DNA of 64,000 nt from Thermoanaerobaculia bacterium (GCA_963719225.1 CAVRAY010000002.1:608001-672000), one strand, 5' to 3'. Numbered from the stretch's first letter, positions 1 to 8,841 are shown. Numbers and translations are program-made. The notes: a model not told the origin generated them from the sequence alone.

Positions 1-38
1 CGGGCGAGAAGGCGTTGCGCCGGCGTACGCTCTCTTGA
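1..38 (+). pseudogene. 3' tail of an HTH gene fragment (previous tmRNA-array unit; truncated by window edge)
   Basis: 1-23 cgggcgagaaggcgttgcgccgg aligns with 965-987 cggtcgagaaggcgctgcgctgg; reads GEKALRRRTLS* versus VEKALRWYQSQVR*. Confidence 0.55.
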
Positions 39-77
39 GCAACGTTCCGAGTCACGAGCGCGCGCCTGGACGCGACG

Positions 78-377
78 TCAGCTGGCCTTCAGGAGAGGTC
101 TCGGCAGACTCTGAACGTGCCCGGCGGCCTCGTAGAGATCGACAGCCTTCTGCGCGTTCATCCAGAAGTCAGGTGAAGTCCGAAAGGCCGCACCGAGCCT
201 CAGCGCCATCTCGGCCGTCACGGCGCACCGGCCGTTGACGATGCGGTTCACGACCTTGACGTCGCACCCCAGGTGATCGGCCAGAAGCCTCTGGCTCAGC
301 CCGAGCGGGACGAGGAACTCCTCGCGGAGGATTTCTCCGGGGGATGTCGGCTTGCGGCGGCGCGTGCGGCCACTCAT
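78..377 (-). CDS. higA: HigA-family addiction module antitoxin (XRE HTH)
   Basis: PTSPGEILREEFL..LGLSQ..LA..LG....VN.IVNG...VTAEMALRL..AF.TSPDFWMNAQ signature; GGAGG SD 7 nt upstream of the ATG at 377. Confidence 0.93.
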   Translation of the reverse strand: MSGRTRRRKPTSPGEILREEFLVPLGLSQRLLADHLGCDVKVVNRIVNGRCAVTAEMALRLGAAFRTSPDFWMNAQKAVDLYEAAGHVQSLPRPLLKAS

Positions 378-391
378 TTCCATACCTCCGC

Positions 392-682
392 TCAGTGGTA
401 GCCCTTGATTGCGACATCCGTCGGGCCGGAGGAGGTCCAACGGAAGACGACTCTCCATTGGTCGTTGATCCGGATGCTGTGGAAACCCAGCAGGTCTCCT
501 TTCAGAGGCTCGGGACGATTCCCGGGAGGAGAGGCGAGGTCCAATAGCTGAGCCGCATAGTCCAGCACGTCGAGCTTGCGGGACGCGACTTTCGCCACGC
601 CAGACCACCTCACACCGGGGCCGAGCCGGCCCTGTCCAAAGAACGTCTCCACGACGGCGCTGGCAAAGCCCCGAATCGCCAT
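392..682 (-). CDS. higB: HigB/RelE-ParE family toxin (plasmid maintenance killer type)
   Basis: RKLD.LD.A..L.DL.SPPGNR.E.LKGD..GFHSIRINDQWRVVFRW motif; toxin lies upstream of higA. Confidence 0.93.
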   Translation of the reverse strand: MAIRGFASAVVETFFGQGRLGPGVRWSGVAKVASRKLDVLDYAAQLLDLASPPGNRPEPLKGDLLGFHSIRINDQWRVVFRWTSSGPTDVAIKGYH

Positions 683-689
683 CGGACGC

Positions 690-725
690 ACTATACCGTC
701 AGGAGGTATACCGTGTCAAGGTATA
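690..725 (-). promoter_or_regulatory. higBA promoter with two overlapping palindromic operators
   Basis: Minus strand TTGACA-N18-TATAGT ending 7 nt before the ATG; TATACC-N7-GGTATA at 692-710 and 707-725. Confidence 0.75.
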
Positions 726-746
726 TCGGGCGGGTCCGCGAGGCTC

Positions 747-800
747 GAGAAGGGGGCCGAGGGGGGATCCGTTTTGCGGATCCCCCCTCGATATGGTGGA
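747..800. repeat. Direct repeat copy A: tmRNA-terminator-like hairpin plus TGGTGGA core
   Basis: gagaagggggccgaggggggatccgttttgcggatcccccctcgatatggtgga matches 1746-1799; perfect 14-bp stem at 758-790. Confidence 0.85.
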
Positions 801-1008
801 CGCGGTCGGAAAGAATTCGAACCGCGGCTGAGGTCGCGCTCTCGTTTTCGTTGACCGAGGCTGAAGCCCCCCTCTATCAGAGGCTTGCAATCGAGATCGC
901 GAGGCTGCGCCGTCTCGGGCTCAGCCGTCGTCGGATCGGGATGGAACTCGGGATAGACGACAAGCGGTCGAGAAGGCGCTGCGCTGGTATCAGAGCCAGG
1001 TCCGTTAA
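794..1008 (+). pseudogene. Start-less HTH gene tail (WWTRSERIRT...), probable C-terminus of a serine recombinase split at the att core; 1-nt frameshift near 965
   Basis: WWTRSERIRTAAE...YQRLAIEIARLRRLGLSRRRIGMELGIDDK, then shifted VEKALRWYQSQVR*; begins exactly at TGGTGGA; recombinase origin is inference. Confidence 0.55.
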
Positions 1009-1107
1009 GCGTGGCGGGCTCCTTCCATGGGCGCGGTGGCGACCATAGCGCAGGCGAGCCCTTCCTTGGCCTCAGGGCTTTCGCCCAAGCTGCCATCGGA
1101 ACCCTTC

Positions 1108-1350
1108 TCAGAGTCTTCGCCCCTTCGCAGGCTGTCCGGACAGCAGGAAAGTCTTCGGGAACTTGCCTTCGCCGCAAACCTTGAACGAACCGAAATCTTT
1201 GTACCAGAGGCCGTCGGGAGCATCGGGCTCGGACTCCCGCCAGACCTTCAATTGATAAAGATCTTCGACGGTGATCTTTCGCTCACGCAGCCGGTCGAAC
1301 AGATGGTTCCGCAGCGCCGGGGGGAGGTTCTCCCATTGGATTTTCGGCAT
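1108..1350 (-). CDS. Small hypothetical protein, putative toxin
   Basis: 80 aa; TGATG-coupled to an upstream RHH-like gene; occupies the same slot as higBA in the neighbouring unit. Confidence 0.7.
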   Translation of the reverse strand: MPKIQWENLPPALRNHLFDRLRERKITVEDLYQLKVWRESEPDAPDGLWYKDFGSFKVCGEGKFPKTFLLSGQPAKGRRL

Positions 1351-1607
1351 CAGCCGCCGAAGGTCATGCGGGCGAGGTCTTCCTTGAGGCGTTTCTGTTC
1401 GGCCGTGTCGGATGACCGCGCCAACCGGTCGGCCAGATCGAAGAAGAGCCTCTTCTCGCTCTCTCGGACTTCAAGGCCAGCCTCGATGAGGTCAACGACA
1501 ACGCGATTCGCACTCGTCTTCTTCGTCTTCGCCAGGGCCTTCACGCGGCGGGCGACTCGAGGCGGAAGGCTGACGCTCTGGCGGACCGGCTTTTCCAGTG
1601 TTGCCAT
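1350..1607 (-). CDS. Ribbon-helix-helix (Arc/CopG-like) protein, putative antitoxin
   Basis: VRQSVSLPPRVARRVKALAKTKKTSANRVVVDLIEAGL fits the RHH pattern; TATTCT 6 nt upstream of the ATG. Confidence 0.75.
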   Translation of the reverse strand: MATLEKPVRQSVSLPPRVARRVKALAKTKKTSANRVVVDLIEAGLEVRESEKRLFFDLADRLARSSDTAEQKRLKEDLARMTFGG

Positions 1608-1755
1608 GCGAGCAGAATACACCAGAATGAAGCGGCTTGCACCATGGGTCTGCAGCGCCTATGCCCCCGGCCGAACGCGCGTGCGCCATCGTGAACGCCT
1701 GAGCGCTGCCGAGCGCGCCCGCATCGTCGCCAGAACGTTCTCGGTGAGAAGGGGC

Positions 1756-1787
1756 CGAGGGGGGACCCGTTTCCGGATCCCCCCTCG
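1756..1787 (-). terminator. Hairpin terminator downstream of tmRNA (part of repeat copy B, 1746-1799)
   Basis: CGAGGGGGGAUCCG-GAAA-CGGGUCCCCCCUCG immediately after the CCA end. Confidence 0.75.
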
Positions 1788-1792
1788 AAGTG

Positions 1793-2153
1793 TGGTGGAG
1801 GCGGGGGGAGTCGAACCCCCGTCCGAAGCGCCCGAACGTCGAGATTCTCCACGCTCAGTCCGGACTTGTTTTTTTAACCGCCGCGTCTTCAGGTCCGGAC
1901 GACCGGGCGCGGAAGCGATCCTGAAACTCTCGGTCCGACCCTTCAGGCGGCGGGGTCGGCCCCAGCCCGGATTTCGCGTCAAGCGCCGAGGCGCCCCGGA
2001 CAGGCTCCCCGGCGCCCGCCGTGGCTAATTAAGCCGCGAGAGCGAGTTCGCTGTTGTTGGCAGCTAGTTTTTGACCGTCGTTTTTACGAGCGAACGGCCG
2101 TGCTCGGCGTGCTCCTCGATCGCTGAATGCCCCGTCGAAACCGGGACGCCCCC
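1793..2153 (-). ncRNA. ssrA: tmRNA; tag peptide (A)ANNSELALAA
   Basis: 5' GGGGGCGTCCCGGTTTCGACGGG; 3' GGTTCGACTCCCCCCGCCTCCACCA; acceptor stem with G3.U; tag ORF 2061-2029 ending ALAA*. Confidence 0.97.
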
Positions 2154-2222
2154 GACCGTGACCCACGAGGATATCAGGTCGGCCGCCGCGCGGAAAAGGG
2201 CCGGAGTCGCCATAATTCACGG

Positions 2223-3746
2223 GTGACGCGCGCGCCGCTCCGGCTTCTCGCCCTTCTCGTCGCGGCGGCGCTCTCCTCCCCCGCGGCGGGAGCCGGGCCC
2301 GTGCCGGCCGCGGACGCGACGCTCGTACGCGACGGCAAGCCGCCCGCGCCGCTCCGCGCCGAGGAACGCGACGGCAAGACGCTCCTCCTCGTGAACGACG
2401 CCGTCGCGGGCCTCGAGGGCACCATCGCGTGGGACGAGAGGACGCGCTCGTACGAGGTGAGAATCAAGGGCCGTACGGCCGTCTTCGGCGTCGACGCTCC
2501 GATCGCGGTCGTGGACACCCGCGTCGTCGCCCTCGCGGCGCCCGTCCGGGCGGGAGCCGCCGGCGCGTGGGCCGAGCCGGACTTCTTCGTGAGGGTCTTC
2601 GGGCCGCTCACGGGCCAGTCGCTCGTGTGGGACAAGGCGGCGCGCACGCTCTCCGCGCGCAAATCCGAGGTCCTCGACGTCGCCGTCGAGGCCTCGGTCG
2701 CGGAGCTCGGCGAGCTCACGAAGGTCGTCCTGAGGTTCTCGCAGTCGCCCTCGTACGCCGTCGAGACGACGCCGGACCAGGTCGTCCTCCACTTCCCGGG
2801 CGCCCGCGTGACGTCGCCGTCGCCCGAGCGGGTTCTGGACTCGCCGCGCGTCGCGCGCCTTCTCGTGCGCGGGGGGGAGGTCACGGTCGTCTTCCGCGAG
2901 AAGGGACTCTCCGCGAACGTCTACGCGCTCGGGACTCCGCCGCGCCTCGTCGTCGACGTCTCGCCTCCCGCGGGGACCGCCGCCGCGGCCCCGGTGCCCG
3001 TCCCCGCGCTCGCGGCGCCGAAGGCCCTGAAGACGATCGTGATCGACCCGGGCCACGGGGGCACCGAGGAGGGCGCGAAGGGCCCGGGCGGCTCGCTCGA
3101 GAAGGACGCGACGCTCGCGCTCGCGAAGACGCTCCAGGAGACGCTGCAACACCGGGGATACCGCGTCCTCCTGACGCGGTCGTCGGACGCGACCGTCGGC
3201 CTCGACGACCGCGCCGCCGCCGCGAACGCCGCGAAGGCGGACGTCTTTCTCTCGCTGCACTGCAACGCCTCGCGCGCCGCGTCGGCCCACGGGACCGAGG
3301 TCTACTACCTGTCGCTCGACGCCTCCGACCGCGCGGCCGCGGCGCTCGCGGAGAGCGAGAACCGCGTCCCCGAGGGCACACCGAGCGCCGACAAGAACGC
3401 GGCGGTCCGGGACCTGGACCTCATCCTGTGGGACCTCGCCCAGAACCAGCACCTCGCCGCGTCGGCGCGTCTCGCCGAGATCGTGCAGGCCGACTTCAAC
3501 CGGCTGCTCGGAATCACGACGCGGGGCGTCAAGCAGGCGCCGTTCCGCGTCCTCGTCGGCGTGAACGCGCCGGCCGTCCTCGTCGAGGTGTCGTTCATCA
3601 CGAACCCGGACGAGGAGCGGAAGCTCACGTCCGACGAGTTCCGGCGGCAGGTCGCCGACACGCTCGCGGGCAGCCTCGAGACGTACTTCCGGACAGCCGA
3701 CGGCGTGGCCCCGGTCCCCTACGCGCCGAAAGCCGGCAAGAGCTGA
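2223..3746 (+). CDS. N-acetylmuramoyl-L-alanine amidase (AmiC-like, secreted)
   Basis: IVIDPGHGG...GAKG...EK; FLSLHCNAS; PAVLVEVSFITNP; signal peptide; GTG after a CATAAT box. Confidence 0.93.
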   Translation: MTRAPLRLLALLVAAALSSPAAGAGPVPAADATLVRDGKPPAPLRAEERDGKTLLLVNDAVAGLEGTIAWDERTRSYEVRIKGRTAVFGVDAPIAVVDTRVVALAAPVRAGAAGAWAEPDFFVRVFGPLTGQSLVWDKAARTLSARKSEVLDVAVEASVAELGELTKVVLRFSQSPSYAVETTPDQVVLHFPGARVTSPSPERVLDSPRVARLLVRGGEVTVVFREKGLSANVYALGTPPRLVVDVSPPAGTAAAAPVPVPALAAPKALKTIVIDPGHGGTEEGAKGPGGSLEKDATLALAKTLQETLQHRGYRVLLTRSSDATVGLDDRAAAANAAKADVFLSLHCNASRAASAHGTEVYYLSLDASDRAAAALAESENRVPEGTPSADKNAAVRDLDLILWDLAQNQHLAASARLAEIVQADFNRLLGITTRGVKQAPFRVLVGVNAPAVLVEVSFITNPDEERKLTSDEFRRQVADTLAGSLETYFRTADGVAPVPYAPKAGKS

Positions 3747-3752
3747 GGCTCC

Positions 3753-4547
3753 GTGGCCCGCCGTTTCGCGCTCGCGCTCGTCGCGATCCTCGCCCTGCTC
3801 CTCGCCGCGTTCCTCGCGATGCGCTCCCTGCGCGCCCCGAAGCCGGGCGTCGTGGCCGCGCCCGCCCCGCGCCCGACGGCCGTCGTCCCGCCCACGCCGA
3901 TTCCCGCCCGAAACGTGACGCTCTTCTTCGAGTCGATCGCCGGAGACGGCGTTCTTCGTCCCGAGTCGCGCGACGTCCCCGCGGCGTCCGACGACGTCGC
4001 GTTCCTGCGTTCGGTGGCGGCGGCCGTCGTCGAGGGGCCGCGCAGCCCCGACCTCATGCCGCCGTTCCCGGACGGCTGGACACTGCGCGGCGCGTACCTC
4101 CTGCGCGACGGCGTCGCGGTGCTCGACCTGGCCCCGCCGCGCGTGCCGGCCCCGCCCGAGCGGCCCGCTGCGGCGCCCGGAGCGACTCCGGTGCCCGTTC
4201 CCGCCGTCCTGGCGCCGCCCGTCTACGTGAAGTGGCAGGCCGGGTCCCACGAGGAAGACACGGCCGTCCAGGCGCTCGCCGTGACGGTCGGCAGGAACAT
4301 GACGGACGTGACGCGCGTGATCCTCGTCGTGGGAGGCGAGCCCGCCGAGACGCTCGCGGGCCACGTGGACCTCGGGCACCCGATCGCGCCCGACTTCACG
4401 CGCGTCGCCGAGGAGACGCCGCGTCCGGCGCGCCCTCCCGCGCCGACGGCCGCCCCGACTCCCGAGCCGACGGCGGCGCCGGTGCCCGCGCCTTCGCGTA
4501 CGCCGAAACAGCGGCCTCCCGTACGGCCGCGCGGGGAAAAGACGTGA
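3753..4547 (+). CDS. GerMN domain protein
   Basis: N-terminal TM, VTLFF, L..E.R, GP, V.ILV.GE..ETLAGHVDL; typical amidase-GerMN-murI-rph order. Confidence 0.85.
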   Translation: MARRFALALVAILALLLAAFLAMRSLRAPKPGVVAAPAPRPTAVVPPTPIPARNVTLFFESIAGDGVLRPESRDVPAASDDVAFLRSVAAAVVEGPRSPDLMPPFPDGWTLRGAYLLRDGVAVLDLAPPRVPAPPERPAAAPGATPVPVPAVLAPPVYVKWQAGSHEEDTAVQALAVTVGRNMTDVTRVILVVGGEPAETLAGHVDLGHPIAPDFTRVAEETPRPARPPAPTAAPTPEPTAAPVPAPSRTPKQRPPVRPRGEKT

Positions 4548-5371
4548 GCGACGACCGGCCCATCGGCCTCTTCGACTCGGGCGTCGGCGGGCTCACGGTC
4601 CTCGACGCCGTCGCCCGCCGGCTCCCCCACGAGCGGCTCCTGTACCTCGGCGACACGGCGCGGCTTCCCTACGGGACGAAGTCGGCGGAGACGGTTCGCC
4701 GCTACGCGCGACGCGCGATCGGCTTTCTGCTCGATCACGGTGTCAAGGCCGTCGTCGTCGCCTGCAACACGGCTTCGGCGCTCGCTCTCGACACGATCGT
4801 CGAGATGTCGCCCGTTCCCGTGATCGGCGTCGTCGCGCCGGGGGCGGGCGCGGCGGTCGCCGAGGCGCTCCGGCGCGAGGCCGCGGGCGCCGGGCGCGGG
4901 CCGATCGCGGTGCTCGCGACGGAGGCGACGGTCGCGTCGGACGCGTACGGGCGCGCGATCCGCGCGCTGGACCCGGGCCGGGAGGTCCTCCACACGGCCT
5001 GCCCGCTCTTCGTGCCGCTCGCCGAGGAGGGCTGGACGGAGAACGACGTCGCCCGCGCCGCGGCCGTGCACTATCTCGGCGCCGTGGGCGCCTCGGGTGC
5101 CCGCGTCGTCGTCCTCGGCTGCACGCACTACCCGCTTCTCGCGGCGACGATCGCGCGGGCGCTGCCGGCCGGGACGGCGCTCGTCGACTCCGCACACGCC
5201 GCCGCGGACGCGCTCGAGGGCGCGCTCGGGAGCGAGGCGCGTCGCGCCGTCACGGAGTCCGGCGAGACGCGGATCCTCGTGACGGACGCTTCGGATCGCC
5301 TGCGCCGCGTCGCGGGCCGCTTCCTCGGCCGCGCCGCGGCGGACCTCTCGCTCGTCGACCTGCCGTCCTGA
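4544..5371 (+). CDS. murI: Glutamate racemase
   Basis: PIGLFDSGVGGLTV, GDTARLPYGTKS, VACNTAS, VLGCTHYP. Confidence 0.96.
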   Translation: MSDDRPIGLFDSGVGGLTVLDAVARRLPHERLLYLGDTARLPYGTKSAETVRRYARRAIGFLLDHGVKAVVVACNTASALALDTIVEMSPVPVIGVVAPGAGAAVAEALRREAAGAGRGPIAVLATEATVASDAYGRAIRALDPGREVLHTACPLFVPLAEEGWTENDVARAAAVHYLGAVGASGARVVVLGCTHYPLLAATIARALPAGTALVDSAHAAADALEGALGSEARRAVTESGETRILVTDASDRLRRVAGRFLGRAAADLSLVDLPS

Positions 5372-5407
5372 CGCGCTCCGGCGGAGTCGTGGGAGCAGAA
5401 TCGCCCC

Positions 5408-6259
5408 GTGAAGAACCCCCACACGCTCGCCCGCGCGGGCGGCCGCGCGCCGCTCGCTCTCCGTCCCGTCACGATCGCCTGCGACGTCGTGCCCCACGCG
5501 GAGGGCTCGTGCGTCATCACGCAGGGTCGGACACAGGTCCACGTGACCGCGTCGGTCGAGGCGCGGGTCCCGCCGTTCCTGCAGAAGTCCGGGCTCGGCT
5601 GGATCACCGCCGAGTACGGGATGCTCCCGCGGGCGACGCACGAAAGGACGGCGCGCGAGGCGGCGCGCGGCAGGCAGGCGGGGCGCACGCTCGAGATCCA
5701 GCGCCTCATCGGGCGCGCGCTGCGGGGCGTCGCGGACCGCTCGGTCCTGGCGGACCGCACGATCACGCTCGACTGCGACGTTCTCGTCGCAGACGCCGGG
5801 ACCCGCTGCGCGTCCGTGACGGGCGCGTACGTCGCGCTCATGCTCGCGTGCGGGACGCTCTTCCGGGCGAAGGCGATCCGCGGGAACCCGCTCCGCGAGG
5901 CCGTCGCGGCCGTGTCGCTCGGCGTCGCGTCGGGCCCCGAGCCGGGAGCGCGGACCGTGCTCCTCGACCTCGATTACGCGGAGGACTCGACGGCGGAGGT
6001 CGACCTGAACGTCGTCGGGACATCCTCGGGGCGCTTCGTCGAGATCCAGGGGACCGCGGAGAAGGAGCCGTTCGACGAGGCGCTCCTCGGGGAGCTCCTC
6101 TCGGCCGCGCGCCGCGGCCTCGTCGAGCTCTTCCACGCGCAGCGCGCGGCTCTCGACGGGCGCGTGCCGGACGCGTGGCTCCCGGAGCCGCCTCAGGGCC
6201 GCGCGAAGAACGCGCGCAGGGCCTCGGCGAGCCGCGCGGGGTCCTCCAGAAGGGCGTAG
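5408..6259 (+). CDS. rph: Ribonuclease PH
   Basis: GWITAEYGMLPRATHER..RE...G..GRTLEIQRLIGRALR; DCDVLVADAGTRCAS; EIQGTAE. Confidence 0.95.
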   Translation: MKNPHTLARAGGRAPLALRPVTIACDVVPHAEGSCVITQGRTQVHVTASVEARVPPFLQKSGLGWITAEYGMLPRATHERTAREAARGRQAGRTLEIQRLIGRALRGVADRSVLADRTITLDCDVLVADAGTRCASVTGAYVALMLACGTLFRAKAIRGNPLREAVAAVSLGVASGPEPGARTVLLDLDYAEDSTAEVDLNVVGTSSGRFVEIQGTAEKEPFDEALLGELLSAARRGLVELFHAQRAALDGRVPDAWLPEPPQGRAKNARRASASRAGSSRRA

Positions 6260-6955
6260 TGCCCGCGGAGCGGGAGCTCGAGATAGGTCGCGTCCGGCCG
6301 CGCCCTCAGGATCTCCTTCGCGTCCTTCGGCGGAACGAGGGGGTCGAGGGCGCCCGCGACGACGAGGAGCGGCATGCGCGTGCCCACGAGGCGCTCGGCG
6401 AGAGGCGGAGCGCCGAGGACGCCGTCGACGGCCTTCTCCGTCGCGGCCGCGACGTTCTTGCGCGACGGGCCGGTCTGCGCTTCGACGGCGCGCGTGACGA
6501 ACGCGGCCTTGCCGGGCGCGTCGCCCTCGAAGCCGTACGCGGCGGCTCTCCTCAGGGAGGGCTCCGGGACGCTCTCGAGGACGGCGCGGCGCGACATCGC
6601 CTTCCACTTCAGCGTGTCCGTGAAGCCGTAGCGCGCGGACCCCGAGCGGGGAGACGAGCGCGACGGCCGCGACGCGGTCGGGCGCGAGAGCCGCCATCTC
6701 GCCGGCGACGCGCCCGCCGAGGGAGTGCCCGGCGATGCAGACGGGGTCCGGCCCGAGCGTCCCGAGGACCCAGCGGGCGAGCGAGCCGGGGTCGAGACCG
6801 TCCGAGGTCCGCGGGCCGCGGAAGGAGCCGGGCAGGTCGATCGCCTGGATCGCGAACCGCTTCGCGAGCGGGACGCCGGCGTCGGCCCAGTCGGCCGCGC
6901 ATCCGCCGAGCCCGTGGAGGAGGACGAGGGTCGGCTTCGACTTCTTCGCGGGCAT
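6193..6955 (-). CDS. Alpha/beta hydrolase (1-nt frameshift near 6640, probably an assembly error)
   Basis: LLHGLGG, IDLPG, GHSLGG in one frame; continues YGFTDTLKWKAM...G.LDPLVP...GHY in the next frame. Confidence 0.8.
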
Positions 6956-6976
6956 CGCGGAGAATGCTAACGGAAT

Positions 6977-7051
6977 CGGGGCGTAGCGCAGCGGCAGCGC
7001 AGCTGCTTTGGGAGCAGCAGGTCGGCGGTTCGATCCCGCCCGCCCCGACCA
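6977..7051 (+). tRNA. tRNA-Pro (TGG)
   Basis: Full cloverleaf: CGGGGCG/CGCCCCG acceptor, GCTGC-TTTGGGA-GCAGC anticodon arm, TTCGATC T-loop, encoded CCA. Confidence 0.96.
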
Positions 7052-7066
7052 TTGCGCCGCGGCGCG

Positions 7067-7843
7067 TCAGGTCTTCAGAAGGTCGAGGGGCGCCGGGGCT
7101 CCCGTGACCTCGCGGATCGCGGGGCCGACGAGCGCGACGTCGTCCGAGATAACGCTCCCCGCCCCGAGCCGTGCAAGCTGTCTCGCGAACTCGGCGTCGT
7201 TCACGGTCCAGCAGTGGACGGCGAGGCCTTCGGCCTTCGCTCGGGCGAAGAGCTCGTCGGTCACGAGCCCCGCCTGCGGGCCGATCGCGCCGCAGCCCTT
7301 CGGGAGGTCGGGCCAGAGAGCGCCCTCCGGGCGGCGGGCCGTCGCGTCGAAGTTCAGGCACGTCGCGACGCGCGGCTCGATCTCGCGGATGCGGCGCAGC
7401 ATGTCCGCCGAGAAGGAGAGGACGACGGCGCGGTCCAGAACGTGCATCTGGGAGAGGAGCGCGGCGACGCGGAACTCGAGGAGCCCGGTGCGCGGCGCGG
7501 GGCCCGGCTTGAGCTCGACGAGGTAGCGGCCGGCGGACCCGTAGCGGAGGAACACGTCGCGCAGCGTCGGGACGAAGCCGCGGAAGCCGCCGCGCTCGAC
7601 CGGCAGCTCCGTGAGCTCGGGGATCGTGACGGTCGCGAGCGGAACGCGGCGGCCGGCGAGGACGATCTCGGCGTCGTGCTGGACGACGGCCTCGCCGTCC
7701 TGCGTGAGGCGGACGTCCAGCTCGAACCCGTCGGCCCCGTCCGCCTCGGCGCGGTCGAAGCTCTCGAACGTGTTCTCGAGCGCCTTCGTCGGGGAGCCGC
7801 GGTGTCCGACGACACGCGTGACACCGCTCGCGAAGAAGTTCAT
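7067..7843 (-). CDS. Glycerophosphodiester phosphodiesterase
   Basis: VVGHRG...ENT..SF..A...GADGFELDVRLT.DG..V..HD; VELK; VHCWTVND. Confidence 0.93.
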   Translation of the reverse strand: MNFFASGVTRVVGHRGSPTKALENTFESFDRAEADGADGFELDVRLTQDGEAVVQHDAEIVLAGRRVPLATVTIPELTELPVERGGFRGFVPTLRDVFLRYGSAGRYLVELKPGPAPRTGLLEFRVAALLSQMHVLDRAVVLSFSADMLRRIREIEPRVATCLNFDATARRPEGALWPDLPKGCGAIGPQAGLVTDELFARAKAEGLAVHCWTVNDAEFARQLARLGAGSVISDDVALVGPAIREVTGAPAPLDLLKT

Positions 7844-7866
7844 CGGCTGCATTATCCTCGCGCTCC

Positions 7867-8841
7867 ATGCCGCGCGCACCGCGTACCCTGGCGGCGGGGC
7901 CGTTTCCGGTCCCGCTCGCGACGATCGACTGGCTCGTGTCGCGCGAAAATCCCGGCGTCCGCGTCGCGGCGCTGCGCGACCTGCTCGCGCGGCCGGCCCG
8001 GGACCCCGAGCTCCGCCGCGCGCGCCAGGCCCTCGTGCGCGACCCGTTCCTGCGCGACCTGCTCGCGCTCGCGCGCTCGCGCCTCGTGCCGGCGCCGCAG
8101 GTCCCGCTCGAGCGCCGGTACGACGGCGGAATGTGGCTCGCTCTCTTCCTGACGGAGCTCGGCGCGGACGAGATGCAGCCCGTCCTCCGGCACGCGGCCG
8201 ACGTCCTTCTCGCCCGCTGGGAGAAGGTCTTCGTCGAGATCGAGCGCGGACTCATCGAGGACCTCGACGCGCCGCTCTTCGCCTGCGCGCTCCGCGTCCT
8301 CGCGCGGACGGGGCGCGGCGGGGACCCGCGCGTCGTGCGGGGAGCCGAGGAGATCGCCCGCCGCGCGCGGACGGCGCGAGGCCGGGCCGTGAAGGACCTC
8401 CTCCTCCTCGGGGAACTGCCCGAGGAGGCGCGGACGGAGACGATCCGGGCGGCGATCGCGTTCCTCGATGCCCGCCTCGTCGAGGCCGAGATCCCCGCGG
8501 CGCTCGCCGCGGGCGCCACGCCGGAGATCCTGAAGGCGGGATATCCGTGCGCGGACGAGACGGACCTCTTCGAGATGCTCGCGGCGCTCCGGGCGGTGCG
8601 TGCCGCCTCCGGGCCCGTCGAGCCGAACGTCGAGCGCGCGCTCGCGGCGATGGCCGCCCGCGCGGACCACCGAGCCCGCTGGAAGCTCGAGCGCCCCCGG
8701 CCCGAGCGCCTTCCCCTCGTTCCGGAGCGCACGGGCGATCCCTCGCGGTGGGTCACCCTGCGCGCGCTCACGATCCTCCAGCACTTCCGCGGCCTCGCCG
8801 TCGCCGGCGCGGCCCCGCCCCGGAGGTCCCCGCGTAAATGA
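7867..8841 (+). CDS. Hypothetical alpha-helical protein
   Basis: 324-aa ORF with normal codon usage; IDWL..ENP.VR..AL.DL start and G.PSRWVTLRAL end. Confidence 0.7.
   Translation: MPRAPRTLAAGPFPVPLATIDWLVSRENPGVRVAALRDLLARPARDPELRRARQALVRDPFLRDLLALARSRLVPAPQVPLERRYDGGMWLALFLTELGADEMQPVLRHAADVLLARWEKVFVEIERGLIEDLDAPLFACALRVLARTGRGGDPRVVRGAEEIARRARTARGRAVKDLLLLGELPEEARTETIRAAIAFLDARLVEAEIPAALAAGATPEILKAGYPCADETDLFEMLAALRAVRAASGPVEPNVERALAAMAARADHRARWKLERPRPERLPLVPERTGDPSRWVTLRALTILQHFRGLAVAGAAPPRRSPRK

Larger units (their letters stand above)
794..1792. mobile_element. 999-bp integrase-less cassette at the tmRNA 3' end
   Basis: TGGTGGA cores at 794-800 and 1793-1799, each preceded by the same hairpin; cargo is an HTH tail plus a putative TA pair. 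Confidence 0.6.

Noticed and set aside
794-830. tRNA gene on the minus strand (GGTTCGAAT...TCCACCA)
   Set aside because: Only a T-loop-like and CCA-like remnant with wrong spacing and no cloverleaf; better explained as an att junction.
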